Source: Burkholderiales bacterium
Lineage (GTDB): Bacteria; Pseudomonadota; Gammaproteobacteria; Burkholderiales; SG8-41
NCBI GenBank assembly: GCA_050741115.1
Contig: JBOIEM010000018.1
Span: 1 to 55,474 of the forward strand
Reading direction: 5' to 3'
DNA length: 55,474 nt
The position numbers were made by a program, and so were the translations under genes. The notes under the pieces were generated by a model. The model did not search any database and was not told where the DNA came from. It saw nothing but the letters and a program-made list of their open reading frames with translations. Numbering within the stretch: the first letter of the stretch is position 1; the number at the start of each line of letters is the position of its first letter. Shown here piece after piece: positions 33,460 through 46,249 of the stretch.

Positions 33460-34839
33460 TCACTCGTCTCCCTTCACTTTCTTCTGAGGCCGCTTCCAGC
33501 CGGGAACGGTGACCTGCCGGGCGCGCGCGACCGTGAGCTCGCCCGCCGGCGCCTCCTTGGTGATGGTGCTGCCCGCGCCAATGGTCGCGCCGCGGCGCAC
33601 GACGACGGGGGCGACCAGCATGGTATCGGAGCCGATGAACACGTCGTCCTCGATGACGGTGCGGTGCTTCGCGCCGCCGTCGTAATTGCACGTGATGGTG
33701 CCCGCGCCGACGTTGACGTCGCGCCCGACGCTGGCGTCGCCGATGTACGTGAGGTGGTTCGCCTTGGAGCCGGCGCCGATCTCGGACGCCTTCACCTCGA
33801 CGAAGTTGCCGATGTGCACCTCCTCCGCGAGCCGCGTTCCCGGGCGGAACCGCGCATAGGGTCCGATCCGGCAGTTGGCGCCGATCTTCGCGCCGTCCAC
33901 CGAGGTGAACGGCTCGATCCGCGTGCCCGCCCCGACGGCGGTGTCCTTGAGCATGCAATTCGCCCCGATCTCGACACGGTCCGCGAGTCGCACTTCGCCC
34001 TCGAACACGCAGTTGACGTCAATGCGCACATCGGCGCCGCAGATGAGGCTGCCGCGCACGTCGATGCGCGCCGGGTCCGCGATCGTGACCCCCGCCTCCA
34101 TCAGCTTCGCCGCCTGCTGCCGCTGGTAGATACGCTCGAGCTCGGCAAGCTGCTGCTTGCTGTTGACGCCGAGAATCTCCCATGCCGCGCGCGCCTTGAC
34201 CGTCGCCACCGCCACCTTGTCCGCGAGCGCCAGCGACACGATGTCGGTCAGGTAATACTCGCGCTGGGCGTTGCGTTTGGTGAGTTTCGCGAGCCAGCCC
34301 TCCAGCCGCGCCGTGGGCAGCGCCATGATGCCGGAGTTGATCTCGCGGATGCCCCGCTCCGTCGCGCTGGCGTCGTTCTCCTCGACGATGGACGTAATCG
34401 ACCCGCGGCGATTGCGAACGATGCGACCGTAGCCGGATGGGTCCTCCAGCTCGGCGGTGAGCAGAGTCAGGCGATCCCCGCCTCCGGCGATCATCGCCGC
34501 GAGCGCTTCCTCGCCGACGAGCGGCACGTCACCATACAGGACCAATGTGAGCCCCGAGGCTTTCAGGTGCGGGAGCGCCTGCGCCAGGGCGTGGCCGGTT
34601 CCGAGTTGCGGCTGCTGCTTGACGAGCGTCAGGCCGTCTGCCCGCAGCGCGTGCGGCACCTCCTCTCCGCCGTGGCCGTACACCACGCAGAGGCGCGCAG
34701 GCTTGAGCGTGCGCGCGGTGGCGACAACGTGCTCGATGAGCGGTTTGCCCCCGAGCGGCTGCAGGACCTTGGGCACGCGCGAGCGCATGCGCTTGCCTTG
34801 GCCGGCGGCAAGGATGACGACGTTGAGGCCCGAAGGCAT
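33460..34839 (-). CDS. glmU: bifunctional UDP-N-acetylglucosamine pyrophosphorylase / GlcN-1-P acetyltransferase
   Basis: [15 protein letters not shown]-terminus and left-handed beta-helix hexapeptide repeats in the C-terminal half. I chose the ATG at 34839; the ORF track uses a TTG at 34857. Confidence 0.94.
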   Translation of the reverse strand: MPSGLNVVILAAGQGKRMRSRVPKVLQPLGGKPLIEHVVATARTLKPARLCVVYGHGGEEVPHALRADGLTLVKQQPQLGTGHALAQALPHLKASGLTLVLYGDVPLVGEEALAAMIAGGGDRLTLLTAELEDPSGYGRIVRNRRGSITSIVEENDASATERGIREINSGIMALPTARLEGWLAKLTKRNAQREYYLTDIVSLALADKVAVATVKARAAWEILGVNSKQQLAELERIYQRQQAAKLMEAGVTIADPARIDVRGSLICGADVRIDVNCVFEGEVRLADRVEIGANCMLKDTAVGAGTRIEPFTSVDGAKIGANCRIGPYARFRPGTRLAEEVHIGNFVEVKASEIGAGSKANHLTYIGDASVGRDVNVGAGTITCNYDGGAKHRTVIEDDVFIGSDTMLVAPVVVRRGATIGAGSTITKEAPAGELTVARARQVTVPGWKRPQKKVKGDE

Positions 34840-34860
34840 GTGGAAATTATCGCACAAACA

Positions 34861-36351
34861 TCAACTTACGCGCTGACCCAGATAATGCGCAACGGCTTCG
34901 CGCTGATCCCGATCGAGCTGCAGTCCCGCCTTGGTGCGGCGCCACAGCACGTCCTCGGCGCTCGCCGCCCATTCGTACTCAATCAGGTAATTGATCTCGT
35001 GCTCGTAGAGGTCGGCGCCGAAATTCCTGCCCAACTCCGCAACGGTGGCCGTGATCCCCAGCACGTCGTACGCAAGCGCGCCGTGGCGCCGCGCCAACGC
35101 CCGAAGCAGCGACCGTGGCAGCCGTGGATAGCGCTCTTCGAGGTGCTGCGCGAAGCGCACGCCATTCCCGCGCGGAATCGTGGCGCCGGGCAGGGGCGCC
35201 TCCGCGGTCCAGGCGGGCCCCATGTCAGGGAACCACGGCGCGAATTTCTCGATCGCATGCTCGGCGAGGCGGCGGTACGTCGTGATCTTGCCGCCGAAGA
35301 CCGAAAGCACCGGCGCGGCGTCCTGATCGGCGTCGAGGCGCAAGACGTAATCGCGCGTCACCGCCGACGGGCTTGCCGAGCCGTCATCGTAGAGCGGTCT
35401 CACGCCGGCGTAGCGCCAGAGGACCTCGGCGGGGCTCACGGCGACCCGCAGGTAGCGGTTCGCGGCGCGGCACAGATACTCGACTTCCGCCACGCTCGGC
35501 TCGGGCCGTCCCGGGTCGCCGTCGTGCGCAACGTCGGTGGTGCCGACGAGCGTGTAGCGTTCCTCGTATGGGATCATGAATACCACGCGGCGGTCGTCGT
35601 TCTGCAGGATGAACGCGTGGTCGCCCTCGTAGAGCCGGGGCAGCACGATATGGCTGCCCCTCACCAGGCGGACGTTGTCGCGCGAGGGCTGGCTGAGCCG
35701 CTCGTTGAGCACCACTTTCACCCACGGGCCCGCGGCGTTGACGATCGCGCGCGCGGTGACTTCCAGCCCGCCTTCCCGCCCGCGCAGCCGCGCCCGCCAG
35801 AGGTTGCCTTCGCGCCTGGCCGCGATGCATTCGGTGCGCGTGAGAATTCGCGCCCCGCGCGCCCGCGCATCCCGCGCGTTCGCCACCACCAGCCGCGCGT
35901 CGTCCACGCAGCAGTCGGAATAGATGAAACCGTGGCGGTACTCCGGCTTGAGACCCGCCGAATAGGGCGGGCGGTCGAGCCGCACCGCCTGCGAGCCCGG
36001 CAGCCGCGTCCTGCGCCCGAGGTGGTCGTAGAGAAAAAGTCCGGTGCGGATCATCCAGCGCGGTCGCAGCTGCGGCACGTGCGGCACGATGAAGCGCACC
36101 GGGCGCACGAGGTGCGCCGCGATCCTGAGCAGCACCTCGCGCTCGGCGAGCGATTCGGCGACCAGCCGGAATTCGAGCTGCTCGAGGTAGCGCAGCCCCC
36201 CGTGTATGAGCTTGCTGCTGGCGGAGCTGGTATGCGCGCCGAGGTCGTCCTTCTCCACGAGCAGGACGGAGCGTCCCCGCCCGGCGGCGTCGCGCGCGAT
36301 GCCGGCGCCGTTGATTCCGCCGCCGACTACCAGGAGATCATAGCTGTCCAT
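34861..36351 (-). CDS. glpD: aerobic glycerol-3-phosphate dehydrogenase
   Basis: YDLLVVGGGINGAGIARDAAGRG FAD motif and SSASSKLIHGGLRYLE. 496 aa. Confidence 0.92.
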   Translation of the reverse strand: MDSYDLLVVGGGINGAGIARDAAGRGRSVLLVEKDDLGAHTSSASSKLIHGGLRYLEQLEFRLVAESLAEREVLLRIAAHLVRPVRFIVPHVPQLRPRWMIRTGLFLYDHLGRRTRLPGSQAVRLDRPPYSAGLKPEYRHGFIYSDCCVDDARLVVANARDARARGARILTRTECIAARREGNLWRARLRGREGGLEVTARAIVNAAGPWVKVVLNERLSQPSRDNVRLVRGSHIVLPRLYEGDHAFILQNDDRRVVFMIPYEERYTLVGTTDVAHDGDPGRPEPSVAEVEYLCRAANRYLRVAVSPAEVLWRYAGVRPLYDDGSASPSAVTRDYVLRLDADQDAAPVLSVFGGKITTYRRLAEHAIEKFAPWFPDMGPAWTAEAPLPGATIPRGNGVRFAQHLEERYPRLPRSLLRALARRHGALAYDVLGITATVAELGRNFGADLYEHEINYLIEYEWAASAEDVLWRRTKAGLQLDRDQREAVAHYLGQRVS

Positions 36352-36380
36352 GAATGAAGAAAGGGCAGTCTGCGCTGCCC
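36352..36380 (-). terminator. terminator-like hairpin abutting the glpD start codon
   Basis: GGGCAG (36363-36368) / CTGCCC (36375-36380) stem with a 6-nt loop. On the minus strand it is followed by TTTCTTCATTC, which runs straight into the glpD ATG (36351). This is the best intrinsic-terminator candidate downstream of atpC. Confidence 0.5.
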
Positions 36381-36502
36381 TCTATTCTGCTCCACCGCGA
36401 GTTGAACGGCCCCAGAATTCGGGAGCCGTGGCTCCCGTGCCCTAAGGCGTCCGTTCGAACTCGCGGACGTAAACCGGCATCGAATGACGTCCGGCTTTAC
36501 GG

Positions 36503-36925
36503 CTATTTCTTTTGCCGCAGCTTCCGGATCGCAGCGAGCTGGGCCGCAAGCGTCGCCACTTCGGCTTCCACTGCGGCAACCTCCTGCTTGTCGCGCGCGC
36601 TGCGGCGCGCTTCTTCCGCCTTCTTCAGCGCCTCGTTCGCCTTGGCCTCGTCGAGATCGTGGCCGCGGATCGCGGTATCGGCGAGCACGGTGATCACCTT
36701 CGGCTGCACCTCCAGTATTCCCCCCGCCACGAAGATCAGCTCCTCCTCGCCGCCGCCCGCCGGCTGGATGCGCACGGTTCCCGGCTTGATGCGGGTGATG
36801 AGGGGGGTATGCCGCGGGTAGATGCCGAGCTCGCCCATTTCCCCCGGCAATACCACGAATTCCGCCTCGCCCGAGTAGATGCTCTCCTCGGCGCTGACGA
36901 CGTCGATGTGGATGGTGCTGGCCAT
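36503..36925 (-). CDS. atpC: F0F1 ATP synthase subunit epsilon
   Basis: [40 protein letters not shown] trimmed to the ATG at 36925, 2 nt after the atpD stop. Confidence 0.93.
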   Translation of the reverse strand: MASTIHIDVVSAEESIYSGEAEFVVLPGEMGELGIYPRHTPLITRIKPGTVRIQPAGGGEEELIFVAGGILEVQPKVITVLADTAIRGHDLDEAKANEALKKAEEARRSARDKQEVAAVEAEVATLAAQLAAIRKLRQKK

Positions 36926-36927
36926 GA

Positions 36928-39259
<2,332 letters not shown>

Positions 39260-39369
39260 GTCCCGAGTTCCCGCACGCGTTAAACGGCGATCGGCTTTCG
39301 GTTATCGGTTTCCGCGTGATCATCCGCTCGTCCGTTCGAACGCGTGCAGCAGTTTCTGCGCGCAAGCGT

Positions 39370-40920
39370 CTAGAAACTGCCGTTTTTCTTCCAGTCCTTG
39401 ATCGCCTCATGCAGCGCCTGTTCGTCGCCCTTCGGCAGGTCCTTGACGTCCTCCATGCGCTTGACGAGGGCGCCATACTTGTCCTTGATGTAGTCGCGCA
39501 TCGAGCGCTCGGCGGCGAGCGCCTTCTTGACGTCGACGTCGTCGAAATAGCCGTTGTTCACCGCGAACAGCGTGAGCGCCATCTCCCACACCTGGAGCGG
39601 CGCATACTGCGGCTGCTTCATGAGCTCGGTCACCATGCGCCCGCGCTCGAGCTGCTTGCGGGTCGCTTCGTCCAGGTCGGACGCGAACTGGGCGAACGCC
39701 GCCAGCTCGCGGTACTGGGCGAGCGCGAGCCGCACCCCGCCCCCGGTGTCACGGCGCTTCATGATCTTGGTCTGCGCTGCGCCGCCCACCCGCGACACCG
39801 AGATGCCCGCGTTGATCGCGGGCCGGATGCCGGCATTGAAGAGATCGGTCTCGAGGAAGATCTGGCCGTCGGTGATCGAGATCACATTGGTCGGCACGAA
39901 CGCCGTCACGTCGCCTGCCTGCGTCTCGATGATGGGCAGCGCGGTAAGCGAGCCCGTCTTGCCTTTTACCTGGCCTTTGGTGAAGCGCTCGACGTAGTCC
40001 TCGTTCACGCGCGAGGCGCGCTCGAGCAGCCGCGAGTGCAGGTAGAACACGTCGCCCGGGTAGGCCTCGCGGCCCGGCGGACGGCGCAGCAGCAGCGAGA
40101 TCTGCCGATACGCCCACGCCTGCTTGGTGAGGTCGTCGTAGATGATGAGCGCGTCCTGGCCGCGGTCACGAAAGTACTCGCCCATGGTGCAGCCGGAATA
40201 GGGGGCGATGTACTGCATCGCCGCCGACTCGGAGGCCGAAGCCGCGAGCACGATGGTATAGGCCATCGCGCCGTGCTCCTCGAGCTTGCGCACCACGTTG
40301 GCGATGGTGGACGCCTTCTGCCCGATCGCAACGTAGACGCAGATCAGGTCCTTGCCCTTCTGGTTGATGATGGTGTCCACCGCCACCGCGGTCTTACCGG
40401 TCTGGCGGTCGCCGATGATCAACTCGCGCTGCCCGCGGCCGATCGGCACCATCGAGTCGATCGCCTTCAGCCCGGTCTGCACCGGCTGCGAGACCGATTT
40501 TCTCCAGATGACGCCCGGCGCGACCTTCTCGATGACGTCGGTCATCTTGGCGGTGACCGGGCCCCTGCCGTCTATCGGCTGGCCGAGCGAATTCACGACG
40601 CGGCCCAGCAGCTCCGGACCGACCGGCACCGACAGGATCTTGCCGGTGCACTTGACGGTATCGCCCTCGGTAATGTGCTCGTATTCGCCGAGAATCACGG
40701 CTCCCACCGAATCGCGCTCGAGATTCAACGCGAGGCCGAAAGTGTTCTTGGGAAACTCCAGCATTTCGCCCTGCATCACGTCGGACAGACCGTGGATGCG
40801 GCAGATGCCGTCGGTGACCGACACCACCGTGCCCTGGGTGCGGATGTCCGCGGCGAGCGCAAGGTCCTGGATCCGCGAACGGATCAGATCGCTGATCTCG
40901 GAAGGTTTGAGCTGTTGCAT
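39370..40920 (-). CDS. atpA: F0F1 ATP synthase subunit alpha
   Basis: [18 protein letters not shown]-terminus and GDRQTGKT Walker A. I trimmed to the ATG at 40920; the ORF track extends to 41391 through atpH. Confidence 0.96.
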   Translation of the reverse strand: MQQLKPSEISDLIRSRIQDLALAADIRTQGTVVSVTDGICRIHGLSDVMQGEMLEFPKNTFGLALNLERDSVGAVILGEYEHITEGDTVKCTGKILSVPVGPELLGRVVNSLGQPIDGRGPVTAKMTDVIEKVAPGVIWRKSVSQPVQTGLKAIDSMVPIGRGQRELIIGDRQTGKTAVAVDTIINQKGKDLICVYVAIGQKASTIANVVRKLEEHGAMAYTIVLAASASESAAMQYIAPYSGCTMGEYFRDRGQDALIIYDDLTKQAWAYRQISLLLRRPPGREAYPGDVFYLHSRLLERASRVNEDYVERFTKGQVKGKTGSLTALPIIETQAGDVTAFVPTNVISITDGQIFLETDLFNAGIRPAINAGISVSRVGGAAQTKIMKRRDTGGGVRLALAQYRELAAFAQFASDLDEATRKQLERGRMVTELMKQPQYAPLQVWEMALTLFAVNNGYFDDVDVKKALAAERSMRDYIKDKYGALVKRMEDVKDLPKGDEQALHEAIKDWKKNGSF

Positions 40921-40937
40921 GCGTATTCCTTGGTTGC

Positions 40938-41471
40938 CTATTTCGCCAGTGCGACCGCGATCGCTGCGAGCTTGCCGCGCACCGAACCGTCGATGACCTC
41001 GTCGCCCACCTGCACGCGCGCGCCGCCGATGAGGTCCGCGTCGACCTGGACCTGGGGATTGATCTTGCGCCCGAAGCGCCGCTCCAGTTCCGCGACCAGC
41101 GCGGAAAGCTGCCTGCTCTCGAGCGGACGGGCCGAGGTGATCACCGCCTCCATCACGCCCTCGCGCTCGTCCTTGAGATCCTCGTAGATCTCGCGGATCT
41201 CGGGCAGCAACGCGAGCCGGCTGTTCTCGATCAGCACGCGCACGAGGTTCTGCGCCTCGGTGGCGAGATCGCCGCAGGCTCCGGCGAACAGGCCATAGAC
41301 CTGGCTCGCCGAGAGATTGGGGTTGGCAATCGCCGCCCGCAGCTCGGGATTCGCCGCCACCGCCGCCATCACGCCAAGCATCCGCGACCACCGGGCGAGC
41401 GCGCCGCCCGCGTCGGCGAGCGCGAAAATTGCCTCGGCGTAAGGGCGCGCGATCGTGGCGTTTTCAGCCAT
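40938..41471 (-). CDS. atpH: F0F1 ATP synthase subunit delta
   Basis: 177 aa with an [13 protein letters not shown]-terminus, in the position between atpF and atpA. Confidence 0.92.
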   Translation of the reverse strand: MAENATIARPYAEAIFALADAGGALARWSRMLGVMAAVAANPELRAAIANPNLSASQVYGLFAGACGDLATEAQNLVRVLIENSRLALLPEIREIYEDLKDEREGVMEAVITSARPLESRQLSALVAELERRFGRKINPQVQVDADLIGGARVQVGDEVIDGSVRGKLAAIAVALAK

Positions 41472-41944
41472 CAGCGCAGTTCCCGGCGCAACTGCGCGAG
41501 CAGGTCGGCGTGCGTTTTCGCGTCGACCTCCCGGCGCAGGATCTTCTCCGCGCCCGCGACCGCGAGCACGGCGACTTGCTCGCGCAGCGCCTCCCGCGCA
41601 CGCGTTACCTGCTGCTCGATCTCGGCCTGCGCGGCCGCCTTCTCGCGGCTGCCTTCCTCCTTCGCCTGGGCCCGGGCCTCCTCCACCATCTGCGCCGCGC
41701 GCTTCTCCGCCTGCGCGATGAGCTCGGCAGCCCGCTCGCGCCCCTGCTTCACCAGCTCCGCGGCCTGACGGGTCGAGGTCTCGAGCGCGGCCTTGCCCTG
41801 CTCGGCGGCCGCGAGCCCGTCGGCGATCGTCTTCTGGCGCTCTTCGATCGCGCGCAGCAGGTAGGGCCAGACGAACTTGATCGTGAAGCCGATGAAGGCC
41901 GCGAACGTGAGCGCCTGTGCGATCAGCGTGAGATTGATGTTCAT
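41471..41944 (-). CDS. atpF: F0F1 ATP synthase subunit b
   Basis: [31 protein letters not shown] segment followed by a long charged helix. I chose the ATG at 41944. Its stop overlaps the atpH start by 1 nt (ATGA). Confidence 0.92.
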   Translation of the reverse strand: MNINLTLIAQALTFAAFIGFTIKFVWPYLLRAIEERQKTIADGLAAAEQGKAALETSTRQAAELVKQGRERAAELIAQAEKRAAQMVEEARAQAKEEGSREKAAAQAEIEQQVTRAREALREQVAVLAVAGAEKILRREVDAKTHADLLAQLRRELR

Positions 41945-41967
41945 GTCGTCCCCTTGCGGGCGCCGGT

Positions 41968-42282
<315 letters not shown>

Positions 42283-43092
42283 CTAGTGGTGCTCGTACGC
42301 CATCGAGATATAGACGATGGTCAGCATCATGAAGATATAGGCCTGCAGCGCGACGATCAGGATGTGGAAGATCGCCCACCCCAGGCCGAAGAGGATTCCG
42401 AAGGCCGTGCCCACCAGGCCGGTGGCGGCCCACATCCACAGCAGGAGGAACAGGATCTCGCCCGCGTACATGTTGCCGAACAGTCGCATCGAGTGTGACA
42501 GCGGCTTCGAAACGTATTCGACGAGGTTGAAGAGAAAATTGGCGGGCCACAGCAGCGGGTGCGAGCCGAACGGCGCGCAGAACAATTCCTGGATCCAGCC
42601 GGCGAGCCCTTTTACCGAGATCGCGAAGTAGACCGACAGCGCCAGCACCGAGAGCGACAGCGCGAACGTCGTGTTGACGTCCGCCGTGGGCACGAGCCGC
42701 CACTCGTGCAGGCCGAGCCAGCCGAGCACCGCCGCCACGATGTCCACGGGCAGGAAATCCATCGCGTTCATCAGGATCACCCACACGAACACCGTGAGCG
42801 CAGCGGGCGCGATGAACCGGTTGCGGTCGCCGTGATGGAAAACGCCCTTCACCTGGTCGTCAACGAAGCCGACCAGTAATTCGACGAAAGCCTGTCGCTT
42901 GTTCGGGACCCCCGAGGTCGCGCCGCGCACCACCCACCAGATGGAGCCGATGCCGACGACGCCAAGCAGAACAGAGGTAACCAGCGAGTCCACGTGCAGC
43001 GTCCAGAAGCCCCCTTCGCCGAGCGGCTTGGAGAAGAACGTGAGGTGATGCTGGATATAGCTGGCGGGAGTGAGTTCGGTGCCTGCGGCCAT
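42283..43092 (-). CDS. atpB: F0F1 ATP synthase subunit a
   Basis: 269 aa, polytopic, with the [15 protein letters not shown] motif containing the essential Arg. Confidence 0.95.
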   Translation of the reverse strand: MAAGTELTPASYIQHHLTFFSKPLGEGGFWTLHVDSLVTSVLLGVVGIGSIWWVVRGATSGVPNKRQAFVELLVGFVDDQVKGVFHHGDRNRFIAPAALTVFVWVILMNAMDFLPVDIVAAVLGWLGLHEWRLVPTADVNTTFALSLSVLALSVYFAISVKGLAGWIQELFCAPFGSHPLLWPANFLFNLVEYVSKPLSHSMRLFGNMYAGEILFLLLWMWAATGLVGTAFGILFGLGWAIFHILIVALQAYIFMMLTIVYISMAYEHH

Positions 43093-43111
43093 TTCCGGAT
43101 TCTTGCGACTG

Positions 43112-43522
43112 GAGCCTATCTCAGCAATAGGCGCGTGATGCGTTGTGGCCGGGACGGGACGGATGCGAGGCGCACGGCGCAGACCCTATGTCGATAGGGT
43201 CAAGCCGGGCAACAAAGCAGACGGCGCGCCGGAGCGTTGAGCAGGGGCCCCGCTTGCGGGGATGCGACCGCAAAGGCGTGCACCGGCACGCGGATTGAAT
43301 CCGGCGCGCTTGGCCCGCTCCAGGGTCGCACCTACGCCACCGGCGCAGGCACTGCTCCGCCCTCCGCGTGCCCCTGGCTGCAACCCGCAGGGACGGGGCG
43401 ATCTGGGCGCATTTTGTCGTCGGTAGCCCTTGCAATATCGACATATTGCTGCGTGTTCTCCTCCTAAAACTGCATCCCACATCGCCTCCGTCGCACACGT
43501 GCCTATTGCTGAGATAGGCTCT
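43112..43522 (-). repeat. uncharacterised 411-bp inverted-terminal-repeat element, copy B (same family as 27255..27802)
   Basis: The termini GAGCCTATCTCAGCAATAGGC (43112-43132) and GCCTATTGCTGAGATAGGCTCT (43501-43522) are reverse complements. Its reverse complement aligns to copy A with 19 mismatches that I counted by hand. It occupies the whole atpI-atpB spacer and touches the atpI stop codon. Confidence 0.85.
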
Positions 43523-43971
43523 TACTCGCGCACGAAGAACGCCATTGCGAAGATCACCACCGTCACGGCGAACGAGCCGAGGAAAACGAGCACGGCGACG
43601 TCCCTGTAGGTCGCCAGCACGAGCCAGAGCAGGGCAACGATCAAGCCGATCTTGACGGCCTCGGCTCTCAGCACCGCAATGAGCGCCCCTTCCGCGGATT
43701 TCGCCCTGCCCAGCGAGGCTACGACCGCAGACGTCAGTCCGGCGACGATGCTCACTGCGCCACCCAGCGCTGCGGAGAGGGCGCCATGGCCGCCCGCCCA
43801 GGCACCCGCAATGAGCGCCAGCGCGGCGGTGGCCATCAGTTGCCACCGGAGTACGGTGCGGATCGGTCTGCTCAGGTCGCGAAGCACGGCGTTCTGGATC
43901 TCCGCCCCGAGCAAGGCGCGCGTAGTATAGCTTTCGAGGGCAACAAGGGTCAATTTGCTGCGATGCGGCAA
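43522..43971 (-). CDS. atpI: ATP synthase protein I
   Basis: Small hydrophobic protein (four predicted TM stretches) in the canonical position upstream of atpB. The start is uncertain. Confidence 0.75.
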   Translation of the reverse strand: MPHRSKLTLVALESYTTRALLGAEIQNAVLRDLSRPIRTVLRWQLMATAALALIAGAWAGGHGALSAALGGAVSIVAGLTSAVVASLGRAKSAEGALIAVLRAEAVKIGLIVALLWLVLATYRDVAVLVFLGSFAVTVVIFAMAFFVRE

Positions 43972-43989
43972 GGCCCCGATTTCCCTGCC

Positions 43990-44844
43990 TTATTTCTGCC
44001 TCAGCCGGTTGATCAGCGCATCGAGCTCGGCGAGGCTCGAATAGTGGATCACGAGCTTGCCGCTGCCCGGTTTCGCGCCGGTCCGTATGAACACGGTGGT
44101 GCCGAGTTGCCCGCTCAGTTCCTCCTCGAGCCGAGCCACATCGCGGTCGCCCCGCGCACGCGCGCGCGCTGCGGGGCGTGCCGTCAGGCCGGCAACCCGT
44201 TTCTCCACCTGGCGCACGGAGAGCCGCCGCGCGACCGCCTCGCGCGCGAGGTCGATCTGCGTCAGTGCCGGCAGCGCGAGCAGCGCCCGCGCATGCCCCA
44301 TGTCGAGCTTGCCTTCGCGCAACAACTCCTGCACCGGGGGCGCAAGCTCGAGCAGCCGCAGCGCGTTGGTGATCGCCGCGCGCGAGCGGCCGAGGGCCCC
44401 GGCGGCCTCCGCGTGGGTCATGCCGAACTCTCCGGTCAGGCGCCGGACGCCCATCGCCTCGTCCAGCGGATTCAGGTCCTCGCGCTGGAGGTTCTCGATG
44501 AGCGCGATGGCAAGCGCGTTGCGGTCCGGCACATCACGCACCAGCGCGGGCACCGTCGTGAGCCCCGCCATGCGCGCCGCGCGCCAGCGCCGTTCGCCCG
44601 CGACGATCTCGTAGCGGCCCGCGCCGATCGGTCGCGCCAGTATCGGCTGCATCACGCCCTGGGCCTTGATCGACTCGGCCAGCTCGGCGAGGGCTTCCTG
44701 CCCAATGCGCGCGCGGGGCTGGAACCGGCCCGGTTGCAGAGCGTCGATCGCGAGCGAGGCGAGCGCATCGCCGCCGGCGGCGGCCGGCTCGTCGCCGCCG
44801 AGCAGCGCATCGAGTCCGCGCCCCAATCCCTTGATCCTGGCCAT
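43990..44844 (-). CDS. parB: chromosome partitioning protein ParB
   Basis: MARIKGLGRGLDALLG N-terminus, the GERRWRAA arginine patch, and an HTH region. I trimmed to the ATG at 44844. Confidence 0.95.
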   Translation of the reverse strand: MARIKGLGRGLDALLGGDEPAAAGGDALASLAIDALQPGRFQPRARIGQEALAELAESIKAQGVMQPILARPIGAGRYEIVAGERRWRAARMAGLTTVPALVRDVPDRNALAIALIENLQREDLNPLDEAMGVRRLTGEFGMTHAEAAGALGRSRAAITNALRLLELAPPVQELLREGKLDMGHARALLALPALTQIDLAREAVARRLSVRQVEKRVAGLTARPAARARARGDRDVARLEEELSGQLGTTVFIRTGAKPGSGKLVIHYSSLAELDALINRLRQK

Positions 44845-44855
44845 GGCGATCTTCC

Positions 44856-45623
44856 TCAGGTGCCCGCGCGGTTCAACATCTCGCCGGCGAGCGCGAGATA
44901 GGCCTGCGCGCCCTTCGAGTCCCGGTCGAACTTGAGCGCCGGCACGCCGAAGCTCGGGGCCTCCGCCAGCCGCACGTTGCGCGGGATGACCGTGCGGTAG
45001 ACCTTGTCGCCGAAATGCTCGAGCAGTTGCGCCGAGACCTGCTGCGCCAGCGTATTGCGCGGATCGTACATGGTGCGCAGCAAGCCCTCGATCTCGAGCG
45101 TCGGATTCAGGTGCGCGCGCACCTTCTTGATAGTCTGCACGAGGTCGCTTAAGCCCTCCAGCGCGTAGTACTCGCACTGCATGGGGATCATCACCGCGTG
45201 CGCGGCGGTCAGCCCGTTCACCGTGAGGAGATTCAACGCCGGCGGGCAGTCGATCAGGATGAAATCGTACTCCGCTTCGATCGGGGCGAGCGCCTCCTTC
45301 AAGCGCGTCTCGCGGTGCTCGACTTCCACCAGCTCGACCTCGGCGCCCGCCAGCTCGCGGTTGGCCGGCACCAGATCAAACTCGCCGTTTTCTGAACGCG
45401 ACCTGACCTCCGCCATGCTCCGGGTGCCGAGCAACACCTGATAAACCGTCGCGCCGAGATAGCGCTTGTCGACGCCGCTGCCCATGGTCGCGTTGCCCTG
45501 AGGATCGAGATCGACGAGCAGCACGCGCCGGTGCGCCGCGGCGAGGCTCGCGGCGAGATTGACGCCGGTCGTGGTCTTGCCGACGCCCCCCTTCTGGTTC
45601 GTGATGGCGAGTACCCGGGCCAT
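44856..45623 (-). CDS. parA: chromosome partitioning ATPase ParA (Soj)
   Basis: MARVLAITNQKGGVGKTTT deviant Walker A. I trimmed to the ATG at 45623. Confidence 0.95.
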   Translation of the reverse strand: MARVLAITNQKGGVGKTTTGVNLAASLAAAHRRVLLVDLDPQGNATMGSGVDKRYLGATVYQVLLGTRSMAEVRSRSENGEFDLVPANRELAGAEVELVEVEHRETRLKEALAPIEAEYDFILIDCPPALNLLTVNGLTAAHAVMIPMQCEYYALEGLSDLVQTIKKVRAHLNPTLEIEGLLRTMYDPRNTLAQQVSAQLLEHFGDKVYRTVIPRNVRLAEAPSFGVPALKFDRDSKGAQAYLALAGEMLNRAGT

Positions 45624-45625
45624 GA

Positions 45626-46249
45626 TCAGCTGCGGCCAATCGACACCAGGTGACGCTGCGCGCGCACTCCCGGAATCGTCAGCGCTGTCACCTGCAGCAG
45701 CTTCCAGCCTTGCGGCAACTGGGCGATCTCCTCGTGCGGATGGATGCCTTTCATGGCCACGAGCCGCCCGTCCGCGGCGGCATGCCGGCCGGCCAGGGAA
45801 ACGAACTCGGCCAGATCCGAGAATGCGCGCGAGATCACGACCTCGAAGCGCGCCTCCGGTTTCCAGGCCTCCGCCCGCTCGCACACGACCTCGGCGTTCG
45901 CGAGCTTCAACTCCATCACCGCCTGTCTCAGGAACGCCGCCTTCTTGTGATTCGCGTCAAGCAACGTCACCCGCGCATACGGCAGGGCGAGCGTGAGCGG
46001 TATTCCGGGCAAGCCGGCCCCGCTGCCGACGTCGAGGATGCTCCCCGCCGCGACGTGGGGCGCCGCGGCGAGACAATCGAGCAGGTGGTGGCTCACCATG
46101 CGCTTCGATTCGCGCACCGCCGTCAGGTTGTAGACCCGGTTCCACTTTCTCAACAGCTCCAGGTACGCGAGCAGCCGCTGCTCCGCGTCCGCAGGAAGCG
46201 CCAACCCGAGCTCGATCACCCCTCGCGCAAGCTGCTGCGCAAGGGTCAT
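45626..46249 (-). CDS. rsmG: 16S rRNA (guanine527-N7)-methyltransferase RsmG (GidB)
   Basis: WNRVYNLTA and [16 protein letters not shown] motifs. It sits between mnmG and parA and overlaps the mnmG stop by 4 nt. Confidence 0.93.
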   Translation of the reverse strand: MTLAQQLARGVIELGLALPADAEQRLLAYLELLRKWNRVYNLTAVRESKRMVSHHLLDCLAAAPHVAAGSILDVGSGAGLPGIPLTLALPYARVTLLDANHKKAAFLRQAVMELKLANAEVVCERAEAWKPEARFEVVISRAFSDLAEFVSLAGRHAAADGRLVAMKGIHPHEEIAQLPQGWKLLQVTALTIPGVRAQRHLVSIGRS

